From Bigelowiella natans CCMP2755 (lineage: Eukaryota > Protista > Cercozoa), in contig ADNK01002143.1 in NCBI GenBank assembly GCA_000320545.1, forward strand, positions 892 to 64,891: 64,000 nucleotides of DNA. The letters run 5' to 3'. Made by a program: the position numbers and the translations under genes. Below are positions 26,341 to 40,467 of the stretch, one piece after another (the first letter of the stretch is position 1; every line of letters begins with the position of its first letter). Under the pieces are notes generated by a model, which worked only from the letters and a program-made list of their open reading frames with translations, did no database searches and was not told where the DNA came from.

Positions 26341-28080
26341 CTTGGTGGTGGAAAAGGTCTGTATGTTTCGTCGCTCGCATCGGATGAAGAACGTCCCGCA
26401 GAAAGTGCAGTCGTCACTCAATGTTAGCCAAACATTTGAGACCCTCTGTGAAGAAGACAGCATCAACAACGCTCTGGTTGCACCATCATCATCTTCACGA
26501 AATCAGTCGGAGCTGCCTTCCAGTGTGCCCCGAATGCCATGTAAATGGGTTTTCATCGTGTTTGATGTTGCAAACTGGGATGCATTGGTCACTTTGAGTC
26601 TCCTTTCGAAGATGAAGGAAGCTGAACTTTCATGCATGTCCTTCATCTTATGTGTGCAGCTGTTCCACAACCCCATCATCCGATCATTTCATCAAGTCAT
26701 CATTGAGTGGAACCTGCATTGTGGCCACACCACAACTGCGCACACACACAAAGCACATGACACATGGCAGATGCGCATGCTCATGTTTGTGTGTGTGTCT
26801 GCATCTCCACTTAGCTTTGCGATGCACAACATGCTCACCTAGGTGGTCATGTGCATTCATGTGCATCACGCGGTTCACAGTGCATTGGTGAAAAAGCACA
26901 GAGTCGGCAAACTGGGGCCAAGTTGTGAAGTGTTGGTGAAAAAGCCCAGAGTCGGCAAACTGGAGCCAAGCGTCGTGACCGTCGCCAAGTGGCAACATCA
27001 TCGCGACTGGGCGGATGTGTTGTGCACCAGTGCACACACATCAGACGTGCGTGTGCATGGAACAGCTCCAGAGCTGCTGCTGCATCAGCCGATCGATGGG
27101 ATGGATCGATTCACTGCTGTGACTCGTTCACGCACTTGCCAGCTTGGGTGCTGCCAAAAAGATCGACGCAGCACACTCGTAGCTGCCAGCAAGCTCTAGA
27201 GCTGGACGCACGTAGCGTCTGAAACAACCAACAATATGAGCAGAGAGCAGGAGACGTTTGGTTTGAACGAGTGAATCGTTTCCAACGCTAGAACGGTGCA
27301 GTCGTCGAAGCACAGTCAACTGATCAGAGCACGCCTTCTGACCTTGCTAGCTTGTTCGTTGAGCGAGCAAAAAATGAACGATTCAAGAAGTTCGATGGCA
27401 CACCACAGACACACGCACGTGCAATGCACACGATGCACGTGTCATGTGCACTGAAGACTGTGTCCATTGTGCACAGCTGAAAGGAGTGAACGAACGAAGC
27501 GATTCCAAGCAAGCAGTTCAAAGGATCATCATTGGACACTCTGATTCATCCGTGCCAAGGGTTCGTTGAAAGCTGAACACGTGAACAGAACTGAGTGAGT
27601 GAGTGCCTGAACGAGTGAAATCCACACTCATCCCGACTGGCATGAACGATCGAATGAACAATGAACAATGATGATGAACCACATGTCCAAAGTGTTGCAA
27701 GACACTTGCAGTGTGCGGAATGCAGTGCCTGAATGAATGAATGAAAACATGATTGGTTCCTTGCACGACCTCGGATTCATCCTCGAAAATGATTGCGGGT
27801 GCACTTTGCAATGAACAATGAACAACGAAAAACACGTCTCCAAAGTGTGACATGACACTTGCAATGTGCGAAATGCAGCGCCTCGAACTGGCTTCAGTGA
27901 GGACTGACTAGCAAGCTAGCGGGGTGCATGCAAATTGGCACAAACTGGAGATTGAATGCATCACAACTGACAACTGAGTGACGACGACGACGCAAAGCAT
28001 CCATCCTGAGCAGGCACACATCCTGACAGCCACGTCCACACAAGTGCGACACAATGAGGTGATGTCGCAGGGGTGCTAAA
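26341..28080. other. TpA-depleted, TG/CA-rich intergenic island with degenerate internal repeats (possible decayed mobile element)
   Basis: Hand count about 15 TA in 1740 bp, none in 27351-27908. Internal direct repeats at 26885/26933 (48-bp offset) and about 27654/27810. Confidence 0.85.
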
Positions 28081-28287
28081 ATATGAATGCGACAAGGAAA
28101 AAATGCAGTCGCAATGTGGGAACGGCAACATACTAATAACTACCACATTTCCACCCGGTGCTTGCAGTTCGTAGATCATCATCATCATCGTTCTGGTGGT
28201 GGTGCTGCTGCTGGTGGTGCACTTTTGGAATCGACGTGCCTTCTCCAGCCGTCCACCTGCATCGTATATCATCATTAGTCTTCGATC

Positions 28288-28939
28288 ATGGCTGTCAGGG
28301 GAATTTGGGCGATACACTCTTCAGGAAGCCTCGTATACTCAAGGTATGAGAGTACTTGTACATCGTTCCAGAGAGTAACTTTAATCTGTCCTCCTTTCTA
28401 TGTTATCGCGTTTACGCTCATGCAGGAAGTTTCCCACAGTCGAAGCTAGAGTAAAGGTAATGTTGCATTAGTGTGGTAGGAGGCTCCTCTTAACCAATCG
28501 ACAAAAACTGTAGTAGTGTTATCTGAATACTCACTCAAATCGGATATTTTGCCTACAAATCATGAAACGAATAAGATGTGTACAGGATTACATGTACTCT
28601 CCTGATCGTACATATCCACTTATACTTCAGAGACGAGAACGCAAGGGTGGTGGTAACTATCGAGCGGTGCCCTGTGACCTGGAGTTTCTCAAGGTATTAG
28701 GTCGTTTGGTAGAAAAAGGGAAGAGAGGAGTGTGATACTACGAATGCCTACTGCAAATTATTATCATTAAAGTCGGTGCTTCCACCCCTTCTCCTCACTT
28801 TTGAAACAGTCAGTAGAAAAAGAGATTCTAGATATAAATGCCGAGAAAAATGAACCTATCGTGTCATGCGCTGGAGGCAGGTGATCAATCTTGACGAATA
28901 ACAGCAACAGGGGAAGGTGGTGGTGGTGGTGGTGGTGGT

Positions 28940-28976
<37 letters not shown>

Positions 28977-29390
28977 TATATAGGAGAGAGCGGACAAAAC
29001 AGGCATAATGGATGTTGTTGTTGGCTACTAAATAGAGACACTACTAGTTCTCGTAACAGTAGCACCGTTGGTAGATAAACAGCAATGTGTATGGCTTTTC
29101 CCCCCTAGGTGGCACTTGGTTGTAGTGAGACGTAATGAGCTAATATTGTTTGCCTTACCTGCTGCCACGGGAATAAATAACACTACTACAACTACAACTT
29201 CAACTTGTACTTTCAATGACCCTGGGGTAGCTCTTACCGTATCCCTCCTGCAGGTAGATAATAGGGAACCGACACAACCAAGAAAGGCATGATGATCAAT
29301 CAACAGAATATACATTATTTCCGTACTACACAATAACAATACAAAGGAACTTATAGTGGAACTGCAAAATGGCTCTTTCAGAAGGTATGC

Positions 29391-29424
<34 letters not shown>

Positions 29425-29578
29425 GCAATGGTGAGAGAGAAATGGCGCAGACACAAATGCTTATTATTTGCGAGAGCCTTCTTCTTCCAAGCCCTTTTAT
29501 ATTATGAAGAACCACTACCTTTGAAGTGACCCCAATCGAAATATAATGATAGTAACGATAACAATAATACCAATACTC

Positions 29579-29616
<38 letters not shown>

Positions 29617-29787
29617 AGGGTAGAGCTAGTGGAGTTTGATCGTCTCGTGAGCACCATCATGCCTTTTGGACGGTAATCATAACCCCCCCCCCCCCCCCCC
29701 TCCCCTATCTTCCAGTAGTAGTACTAGGAATCGTAGGGTTAAGGATGAGGATAATGACGATGACGATCATGTGCACCTATGATGTGG

Positions 29788-29819
<32 letters not shown>

Positions 29820-29988
29820 CCTGATTGCATCCATACTTGCCTCCTACCCGTGGGTCTTTCTACTACTACTTCTTCTTCTTCTTTTTCTTCTTCTTGTTAC
29901 ATGGTGGTGATGATGGTGACGATGATGGTGACGGCATTAGATCTATTGGTGTCACAGTTGCAAAAGCAAAAAAGGAGTTGATGAGGTA

Positions 29989-30019
<31 letters not shown>

Positions 30020-31157
30020 ATTATAATAATAAGAGTAGCAGAGTTGTTGTTGTTGTTGTAGTAGTTGTTGTAGTTGTTGTAGTTGTTGTAGTTGTTGGTG
30101 TTGTTGGTGTTGTGTGTTGCCATCACCTGTTTCCTGCTTAGCTACTACCTTGGTTGTACCTACTAGTTACACTGATTAGTACTTCTTATAACTCATATGT
30201 AACACTATCAGCCAATTGTTCTCTTGCTTTCTTCTTCTTTCTCTCTTCCTCCTCCCCCTCCTCCCCCCTCCCTAACTGTGTTTGTTTTTTCCAGCTACAA
30301 CAGCAATAGCAGCAGAACTAAATCATCAGAAATAGTAAGGGTTGTTAGTGTGGATACTACTAATACGGATTCGATATCGTCATCGTCGTCATCATCGATG
30401 CACATGTCTTCAAAGACTACGAGATCAACGTCTAGTATCGCCTCATCATCACCCTCCACAACAACATCAATGATGATAGAAAGAAGCAGCTTGGGAGACC
30501 AGAGTCGAGCCAAAACCTCCTACTCCTCCTCCTCCTCCTCTTCCAATGCCTCTCCCTCCTCAAGTACAGGGAGGAATAAAGGAGATCTGACGTAAGAAGA
30601 CGCAAATTGTTATTATGATATATAGCAATGTCATGTGAACGATGATGATAATGATGATGATGAGGAGGAGGAGGAGGAGGAGAGGGGGAGGAGGCGAAAT
30701 GATGATGATGATGGTGACAGATAGTGCTACATACTAGTACTAATGATGATGATGATGAAGGTGACAGATAGTGCTACATACTACTACTATTTTGGTCACC
30801 TAGCCTCCTAAGAGCAAGACTTCAAAACAATAGTGCTTTGTTGTACGATTGAAACAAATAATAATGGCTTCATTATGTGTGTTTCCCCTCTCCTTGTTTT
30901 CTTCTTCTTCTTCTTCTTCTTCTTCTTTTGGATGTATTCTATCTAGATTGAGTGTCGTAGAAGTCGTGAATGCTGTCATATTTGGTCCAAGGTATGATGG
31001 TGATGATGACGACGAGGATGATGATGATGATGATGAGGATGATGATGTATTCGTCGTCGTTGTTCATAGAAGAAGAGTCAATATCATCATCATCATCATC
31101 ATCGTCGTAATGATGCATGCAGAGCAAACATCTCTTCTTACCGTAATGTTTGTTCTT

Positions 31158-31205
<48 letters not shown>

Positions 31206-31299
31206 GGATTTAGATGATATGTACGCTGCTACTTGGTTGCAGACCTTGTGAGCAAGACGTAAAGATAAGCGGGTTCATTCATGCTCGGGTAATAATAGT

Positions 31300-31331
<32 letters not shown>

Positions 31332-31919
31332 AATGATGATGACGTATATGTTATGACTTGGTGCCGGTAGGTTGTTGACAATTTGCTGGTTTATCATCAT
31401 CATCTCATTTATCATTCTTCTTCAGCTTTCTCTGCTGTTTTCTCATTTGCATCGTTCTGCTTTTCTATCTTATGCTTCGTTATGAAAATGGGAGAATAAA
31501 CAGCACCCATTAACAACCCTGTAGGAGGAGCTGATGTTTTTGCTGTTATTGTTACTATGTATGATGACTCCTCCGTAAGGGTATGATATTCATGCGGTAG
31601 TAGTAGTTGTAGTTGTTGTTGTTGTTGTTGTTGACAATTCTTTCTCTTGCCCCCATCCATCTCATCATCTATTAGGCGACTGTTCAGAATGAATGCAGAA
31701 TACGAGTCAGCTTGCGCAACGAGTTGGAAAAGATATATGACGTTAAGACGACGACGTAATACAATCTTTCTTATCACATCTTACAGCTACTTCCTCACCT
31801 TCCTTTCCTAACACTACAACGAACCACGCTCAAATCGAATAACTCCACATTTATAGTTTCTCCCTAATGCCTTCTTCTTCGTTCTTTTTCCTTTCTTTCT
31901 TCTTTCTTCTTGTTTGTGT

Positions 31920-31955
<36 letters not shown>

Positions 31956-32617
31956 GTTTTACTGTGTTTGAAGGCGGGGAGGTGCAAGCTGATTTATTTC
32001 CTACAAACATGTTGTCGTTATCATCGTCATCATCATCATCGCCTTATGGAGGTGGTGGAGGTGGTGGTGGTGGTAATGATGATGGGGATGGAAGAAGAAG
32101 AAGAAGAACACAGTCTTCTTCTTCTTCTTCTCCTTCTCATTCAGAAAGTTTAGTGCTTTGCACATATCTCGTTGCAGGCTCTCCTCCTCCTCCTCCTCCT
32201 CCTTCTCCTCATTATCCTGTAGTAGTAGCAGCCAATACTCAGAAGGAGCTCAAGCAGAACTGTCCGCAACTTCCATTCAAAGTCAAGTATAAAGTTCTCT
32301 CGTCAACGAGAAAAGCTTTCACTTCGCAGGTCTTGCTGTTGGCCTGAGATGATATTTTTTATGGATATTACACATGATCATCATCGTGATTGCCATCGTT
32401 ATTTTCACCAAGGCCATTTCTGCCTATAGATTTATGCGAAATTATCACCATCTCTGTAGTACCAAATAGGCCGAATTAAATGAATGATAAGAACACAGTT
32501 GTTTTTGATTGTCATTCATTATCACGCATAGTGACTGCATTTTAGAGCAAGAACAAAGAAGAATATATCACACGACCTTTTTCTTCTTGTGTCATGGTTT
32601 CTCAGGATTTACTTATC

Positions 32618-32655
<38 letters not shown>

Positions 32656-32902
32656 GTTAGATTTGGATCGAAGCTGAAGATACTACAACTGCTACAACCA
32701 AACTCTGCAGCAGCACGTTTGACAACCTCAGAATCGACATTCCTCTTGGGCAAGTATGTTTTGATATAGATGAGATTAGAATTAGAAAAAATCTCAAGAA
32801 AAATGAATGAATGGGAGATAGAATATTTAATAGGAAAGCAAGGGTGGGGAGTGCTATTGGTTGTGTAAATTAGCAGCAAAGAATATTCAGTATCTATCTT
32901 CC

Positions 32903-32943
<41 letters not shown>

Positions 32944-32963
32944 TCTCTTTTTCTCTCAATACG

Positions 32964-32996
<33 letters not shown>

Positions 32997-33007
32997 CACG
33001 TACACAT

Positions 33008-33040
<33 letters not shown>

Positions 33041-33223
33041 GACTTTCACCATCATCATCATCATCAATCATCATCATCATCATCACCACCACCAGCAACA
33101 GCGCCACCACCACCACCAATATATTGTTGTTGAACGTTGTTGATCATCAATTAGGCCTCATTCAAAGACTTCAAGGCTATTCAGGTACTACGTCTACAAT
33201 GTCTACTACTGTATTTTCAAGTA

Positions 33224-33274
<51 letters not shown>

Positions 33275-34027
33275 ATTTATACTATTGTATGGTATGGATA
33301 GCCAAAATTTAAGTAAGTAGTTGATGCATGTGTGAAGAATAATGATGATGACGACGATGATGCGAATCAACTACCAGATGAATTCAGGGACAATCGTAAG
33401 ACCGCATGGAGATACTGAGTAAGACAAATATGATATACGATGAGATCATGATTCATGATAACTATGATCATTCTCCTCCTCCTCCTCCCCCATTCTCGTA
33501 CCATGTGCCCCTTTCTTCCATTATCATCAACTTACATGCTGTTCTCCACCTTCAACAAACATTGCTGTTTGTCCATATTAGTGTGAGAGCCGTTTGGAGA
33601 CCTTACGCTAAAGCCAAGAGTAGGGGGGGGGGGGAGAGACAAAAAGGATGGCCTGTACGACATTTATCAACTTCATCATCATCAACAATAAGCGAAACAA
33701 AAAAAGGGGGAGGAGGAGGAGGAGGAGGAGGAGGAGGACCAACACTTTTTCAACGATCAAAGCAATCTGCAGCAGCTCGTGATGATGGTGATGGCGATGA
33801 CGATAAAGGGGGGAGAGGAGGAGCAGGAGGAAGAAGAGGGCAAATTGTTCGGCGCGCGAGCTTGGTCTTCAAAGTACGACTTGCTCAGCTCGATGAAAGT
33901 CACGTTGAGAGTAATCTTAAACCGCAACCGGTAGGTAGGTAGGTAGGAGGCAATGAAGTCAGTCATTATTACCAGTGGAGTGCATATCGTCTGCTTACTT
34001 ACTAAGTGATGAGAGTGTCGGATTCAT

Positions 34028-34060
<33 letters not shown>

Positions 34061-34520
34061 GTGGAGGTGGTGAGTGTGTGAGTGTGTGAGTATGTGTTGC
34101 TAGTCATCATCATCATTATTGTCGCAGATCGATGGCCCTACAAGCTTTGTTTTGCTGCACTGGACGCAACCGAAAACAATCAGTGGGATAGTGCCTAAGG
34201 TGCTTGTTACAGCACTACACAACACAACACTATACAACAAATATCTTCGTCATCTCTTGCTTCTTCTTATTCTTCTTCTTTTTCTCCTTCTCAGAATGAT
34301 TCTAAAATTTGATGTTGCTGATAAACACAGGTTATGGGAGAAAGACTCAAGTTGAGGGTGCAGGAAAGGTGGGTTTTGATGAGTAGCCATCATTATCATC
34401 TAAGTAGCATGTATTTTATTCACGAATCAACAACATCATGCAGCACTCGTACGGAAAAGGTTATCATAGCGGATCAAATATATTTTACAGGTAAATAATA
34501 CATCATGAGATTTGGTACAT

Positions 34521-34561
<41 letters not shown>

Positions 34562-34612
34562 TATTTATTTATATGCATATTTATATTCCCACATTATTAT
34601 TCAGCTGGATGA
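28288..34612 (+). CDS. AP5M1: AP-5 adaptor complex subunit mu
   Basis: Spliced N-terminus MAVRGIWAIHSSGSLVYSRKFPTVEARV matches the AP5M1 pattern R(A/G)xWxI...SRRFPTVE. Also WHLVVVRRNELILFALP, LVSTIMPFG, VVEVVNAVIFG, DVKISGFIHAR, LPFKVKYKV and a C-terminal KTISG. Many microsatellite-filled introns; middle exons approximate. Confidence 0.78.
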
Positions 34613-35772
34613 GATCTTAGCGCTAGAAGTTTTCTCTCTCCGAAGTTCCAGATAGTTCTACAGTTACGTCATCGCTTTGCTGCTATGCTTTGATACTACC
34701 GCTCGATGTTTGTGGGAAACAACATAAAGGAATTGTAGATGGTTGTGTTGTGATAACGCATCCTGCACATGGGTTACTACGTGGCCTTAACAGAATCTGC
34801 TCATTATTTCAAACGAATGAAAATGAATCAAAATTTTGTGCTACATTATATTGACGGCGCTAGCTAAGCTCATTATGTTGGAAAACAGATATGTCGTTGT
34901 ATAGAGTTGTAGAAGTAGTAGAGTAGTAGTAGTTGTAGTAAAGGCATTACCTGTTGTATCACAGCTACGCCGCATCAAGTGAATGCATCAACTCATCGTT
35001 GTCGTACGCATCGCATACTGACCCCTGACTGGCAATGCTAGAATGGCAATGGTTGTACAGCAATGACAATCTAGATCCAGAGATTGCTAGAATGCATGGC
35101 TGACGGGCGAACAGACCCACAGATGAATGATACGGTAGAGATCGTGACATATTTGTAAGACGGATGTAATGTAATATAAAACAAAGCATTACACTTTTCA
35201 ATGGTCATCCTAATGCGGCTGTCTAGCTGTGCAAGTTTTAATGATGTACTCGCAAAAGACCTCATTCTCATCTCTAGTCATGCTCAGTTACGCACAGTTC
35301 GCATCACAACACAAACGAAATTCTACAATCAGCTGTAATCAATTCATTGATTACATCCGTCTCACAACCAACTCTAGAACTCTAGAACTGCCGAAAGTCA
35401 AAATCTAGTGATGGACAGGGATCGGACGCTGACGTGAAGAAATCGTCTCGAGAGGAGAAACAAAGAATGTCGCATGTCCCCACTGCACTAGTGCACGCCT
35501 TGCGCGACTACACGTACTTGTATACCCAAGTGCGCAAGCATTGATGACAATATTTTTGCAAGTAAATGCATATATGACTAGATATAAATTTATATATTGC
35601 CAAACAACTATCATGTATTGAGCTTTATCCAACTTAAAGTTATGAATCTTAGTTTGAAATTCTTTGCATTCACACTCAGTTCTTTTGATGTTCGATTGGA
35701 AACTAAAGTCCATGCATGTAATGCATGGGAGTCTTTTCGTCGATGGGAGAGCAGTTTGAACCACTACGCAGT

Positions 35773-37444
<1,672 letters not shown>

Positions 37445-37887
37445 GCAGTGTATGTGGAGATCTGATGTGTTACGAAGAAAGTATGCCTGTGAGAAACGAT
37501 GGCACTTTCGGTGTCCAATTGAACCAGAGGACCAGTTTGGGGTGATAACAAAATTAACAAGTATGAGGAAGTGACTTGTGATCCTCCTCCCCACCAACCC
37601 AGCCCACCAACCCACCCCACTACCCACTCACAAGGTTGTTGGTGATGAGATTTGCCTGAAGTTTTGACCGCACTGTAAAGTTGGTGCATGATCATGTCTC
37701 TAGGGGTAAAACGCAGGCTGTTCTACTTCAAATCATAACGGCAATATTTTCACTCACGCAACTCGTATCTGCGTGAGAGATCCAGAGATCATCAAGAGTA
37801 TTAATGGTTTGGATTACCGGGACTACCGGGATTATACGTAATCCCGGAACCCAAGCACCTCGTCCTTTCCATCCGCCTCCGACGGTG

Positions 37888-39509
37888 ATGAGCGGAGGCA
37901 GGAGGAACACTAGCGATGGCAAGCTACTTCCAAAAAGCAGCCCGGATACTTTGCCACAATCTATTGGGTCCAAAGAATGGGAAAAAATTCTTAATCGTCG
38001 CAAAATATCTCGCAAGTAGGATAAACTTCACGTACTTGTAGTTCTCATACATGTGACTAAAAGTAGCTTTGTTCAGGGCCATAGACGCTATTGTAATGAA
38101 CTTCTTTGTCGTCGCTGGACTCAAGGATGTTGCTAAAGCTTTTAGAAAGGATTCCGGCCTTAAACGTATTGAATCATTGTTTCATTGAGTTCCTTCCGGT
38201 ATGCCCCTTCTCCCCCATCCTTCTCCTTACCGTGTATGTACATTATAACGCAGCGGAAGTTCCACTGGAATCAATGCAGGATCGAATGGAGATTCGTGAG
38301 GAAGTTTTTAAGGGCGACATCAAAAGAGTAAGTAACTCCTTCTAATTAGATATCCACTGAAGTGACATCATCTTCTACAGGTGATAGAGAAATTGAACGC
38401 CTTGAATCCTGAGGTGATCACTCATCATCGTGTCTACTTTCTCCTTGGAATCCATTTAACATTTATACGAACTTAGATTCTCAAAAATCAACCGGATCTA
38501 GATTTTATGCTTCAACAGCAATATTTCATTGAACTAGTTAGGGAGGTAATAAATCAATAACACATTATTATTAAGGGCGTAGCTTGGAAGTTAATTAGAC
38601 AATCATTTCGTTAATATAAAGAAGGGGCCAGACAAAATCGAGGAGTGCCTAGACTTTGCTCGAAGAGAACTAGCTCCACGAGCTGCAGAAAATGTATAAT
38701 CCTAACCCTCTAATAGCTAATCATTAACAAACAACCAACAACATCAATGAATGTGCTTTATTCCCAATCTATGCCAAAATCAAAATAATCTGGGAACATT
38801 ATGACTGCTTCATGCTGATTATTTTTTACAATGTATATTTTGTAGAATTTCAATGGTAGTCTCTATTAATTTAAATCCTGATGCACCTTCTTTCAGGAGC
38901 AGAGCTTGGGTGAGATGGAGAGAGTTATGGCCCTGCTGGCATTTCCAGATCCTGCAAATAGTGCAGTTGGTGATCTTCTCAGGTGCTACTTACCTACTCA
39001 CTTTATGATGACGACGATGGCATTTAAGTTAATTTAATTATGGAGGGGCCTCGTTATATAAGGAAAACAATGAGTTTTCGATGCAATTTTAACAAAATCA
39101 AGTGTCATTACCACACATCATGATGTTTTATATGGTATACACAGCTATGATAGGCGGGAAAAGGTGATTAGCGCACTCAACACTGCCATTCTCAACAGCC
39201 AGAGCCAAAGCAAAGGTAAGACAAGATAAAATCTCGTTTAATTGGGAAGCGAGAATATATGTGTTGTTGCAGATCCAAAAATATTGAAGATACTTCGTCA
39301 GCTGGTTAAATAATTATACATTTAGATGCCGATCGATATAAAAATGGAAATTAAATATTTTGAAGGTGTTTGCGCAGAAGCAACTTCAAGATAAGATAGG
39401 CTGTCAGTTTCCTATGCTAAAGTAAGTTTCTTGTTCATTCTCCTCTCCTTAACACTTACCTGATGAGCTCTACGTTTTTCTTTGAAGGGATTTTAAAAAA
39501 TCATATTGA
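37888..39509 (+). CDS. GID8: GID8/TWA1 subunit of the CTLH/GID E3 ligase (LisH-CTLH-CRA)
   Basis: 11 short exons: EWEKILNRRKISRK|AIDAIVMNFFVVAG..AKAFRKDSG|..DRMEIREEVFKGDIKR|VIEKLNALNPE|ILKNQPDLDFMLQQQYFIELVRE|..ELAPRA|..EMERVMALLAF|RREKVISALNTAIL; stop 39507-39509. Confidence 0.9.
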
Positions 39510-40467
39510 AAAAATCTGGAGACTGAAGGGAAGGGTATTTAAGTTAGAGCTACCAGATGAAGAATCATACGATTGTCTGGAAACCAAAAAGCACTCTTCT
39601 TTCATCTGCACGGCGTACTAGTGCAGCCGAATGGATGAAGCGTCGTTGGATGGTGTGCTGTAGCGTCGATCATAATAGATAGGTGTTGTATTATTACGGT
39701 GTCTATCATTTGTTTTAATACATCGCATGCAAATTCAATCATAATACTTGTTATGTTGACTGTAATCGGAATCGAAGCTATGTCATTAATAATTTGCATT
39801 CGAATCCAAGTTTGCGCCCAGCTATAGCCAGCCGACTTGTCGCTGTGATGGCCACATATGTGCACACACATGCATGTGTGCACACATGCTAGCATGTGTG
39901 CATACATGTCACACACCATGGCCACAATGCAACATGGAACTAGCCGCCATGTTGCTTTTATTTTGTTCTATAGTTAATTGTGCATGCCGCTGCACACGCT
40001 AGCACGCCGTCCTTACTAGCTTACATTACAGGTGCGGTGTGGCACACAGTATACAATACATTCATCCTGTTTGGCATCCCCTCGTATACATATTTTACAT
40101 GGATATATTGTAGCGCAGTCGTAGTGCAATGCAGGCCGGTCTGCGCACACATTTGTGCAAGACCAATGACTACATATTCATGCAGCTATGGTGATATGAT
40201 GCGTATAATACGTACTAGCGTATGCATATCTAGATATCAGTCAATCGCGCAGGCGCTTTTACGATGATGTTACGTTGGGATGACGACAGCTTTACACAAG
40301 ACAATTGTAATTCGGAACCATTATGGAAAAATACACCTGACATTTCTTTCTCAGTGCCACACAAAACTAAGTCTAGTACACTATGTTAAGCAGTAAAAAT
40401 AGATTAAGCAATATGACACACTGGCTCGCGGACGCCATATTTCTGTAGGAAATATGTGGGAAAACGT

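Noticed and set aside
26885-26970. CRISPR-like repeat-spacer pattern
   Set aside because: Only two copies with a gap of about 10 nt, eukaryotic context, no cas genes.
26341-28080. CpG-methylation decay or classical RIP as the cause of the TG/CA excess
   Set aside because: CpG remains abundant, and TpA, the RIP product, is the depleted dinucleotide.
26321-28349. Dense overlapping His/Cys-rich ORFs that resemble metal-binding proteins
   Set aside because: Explained by loss of TAA/TAG stops and excess CAY/TGY codons in TpA-depleted DNA; no domain motifs.
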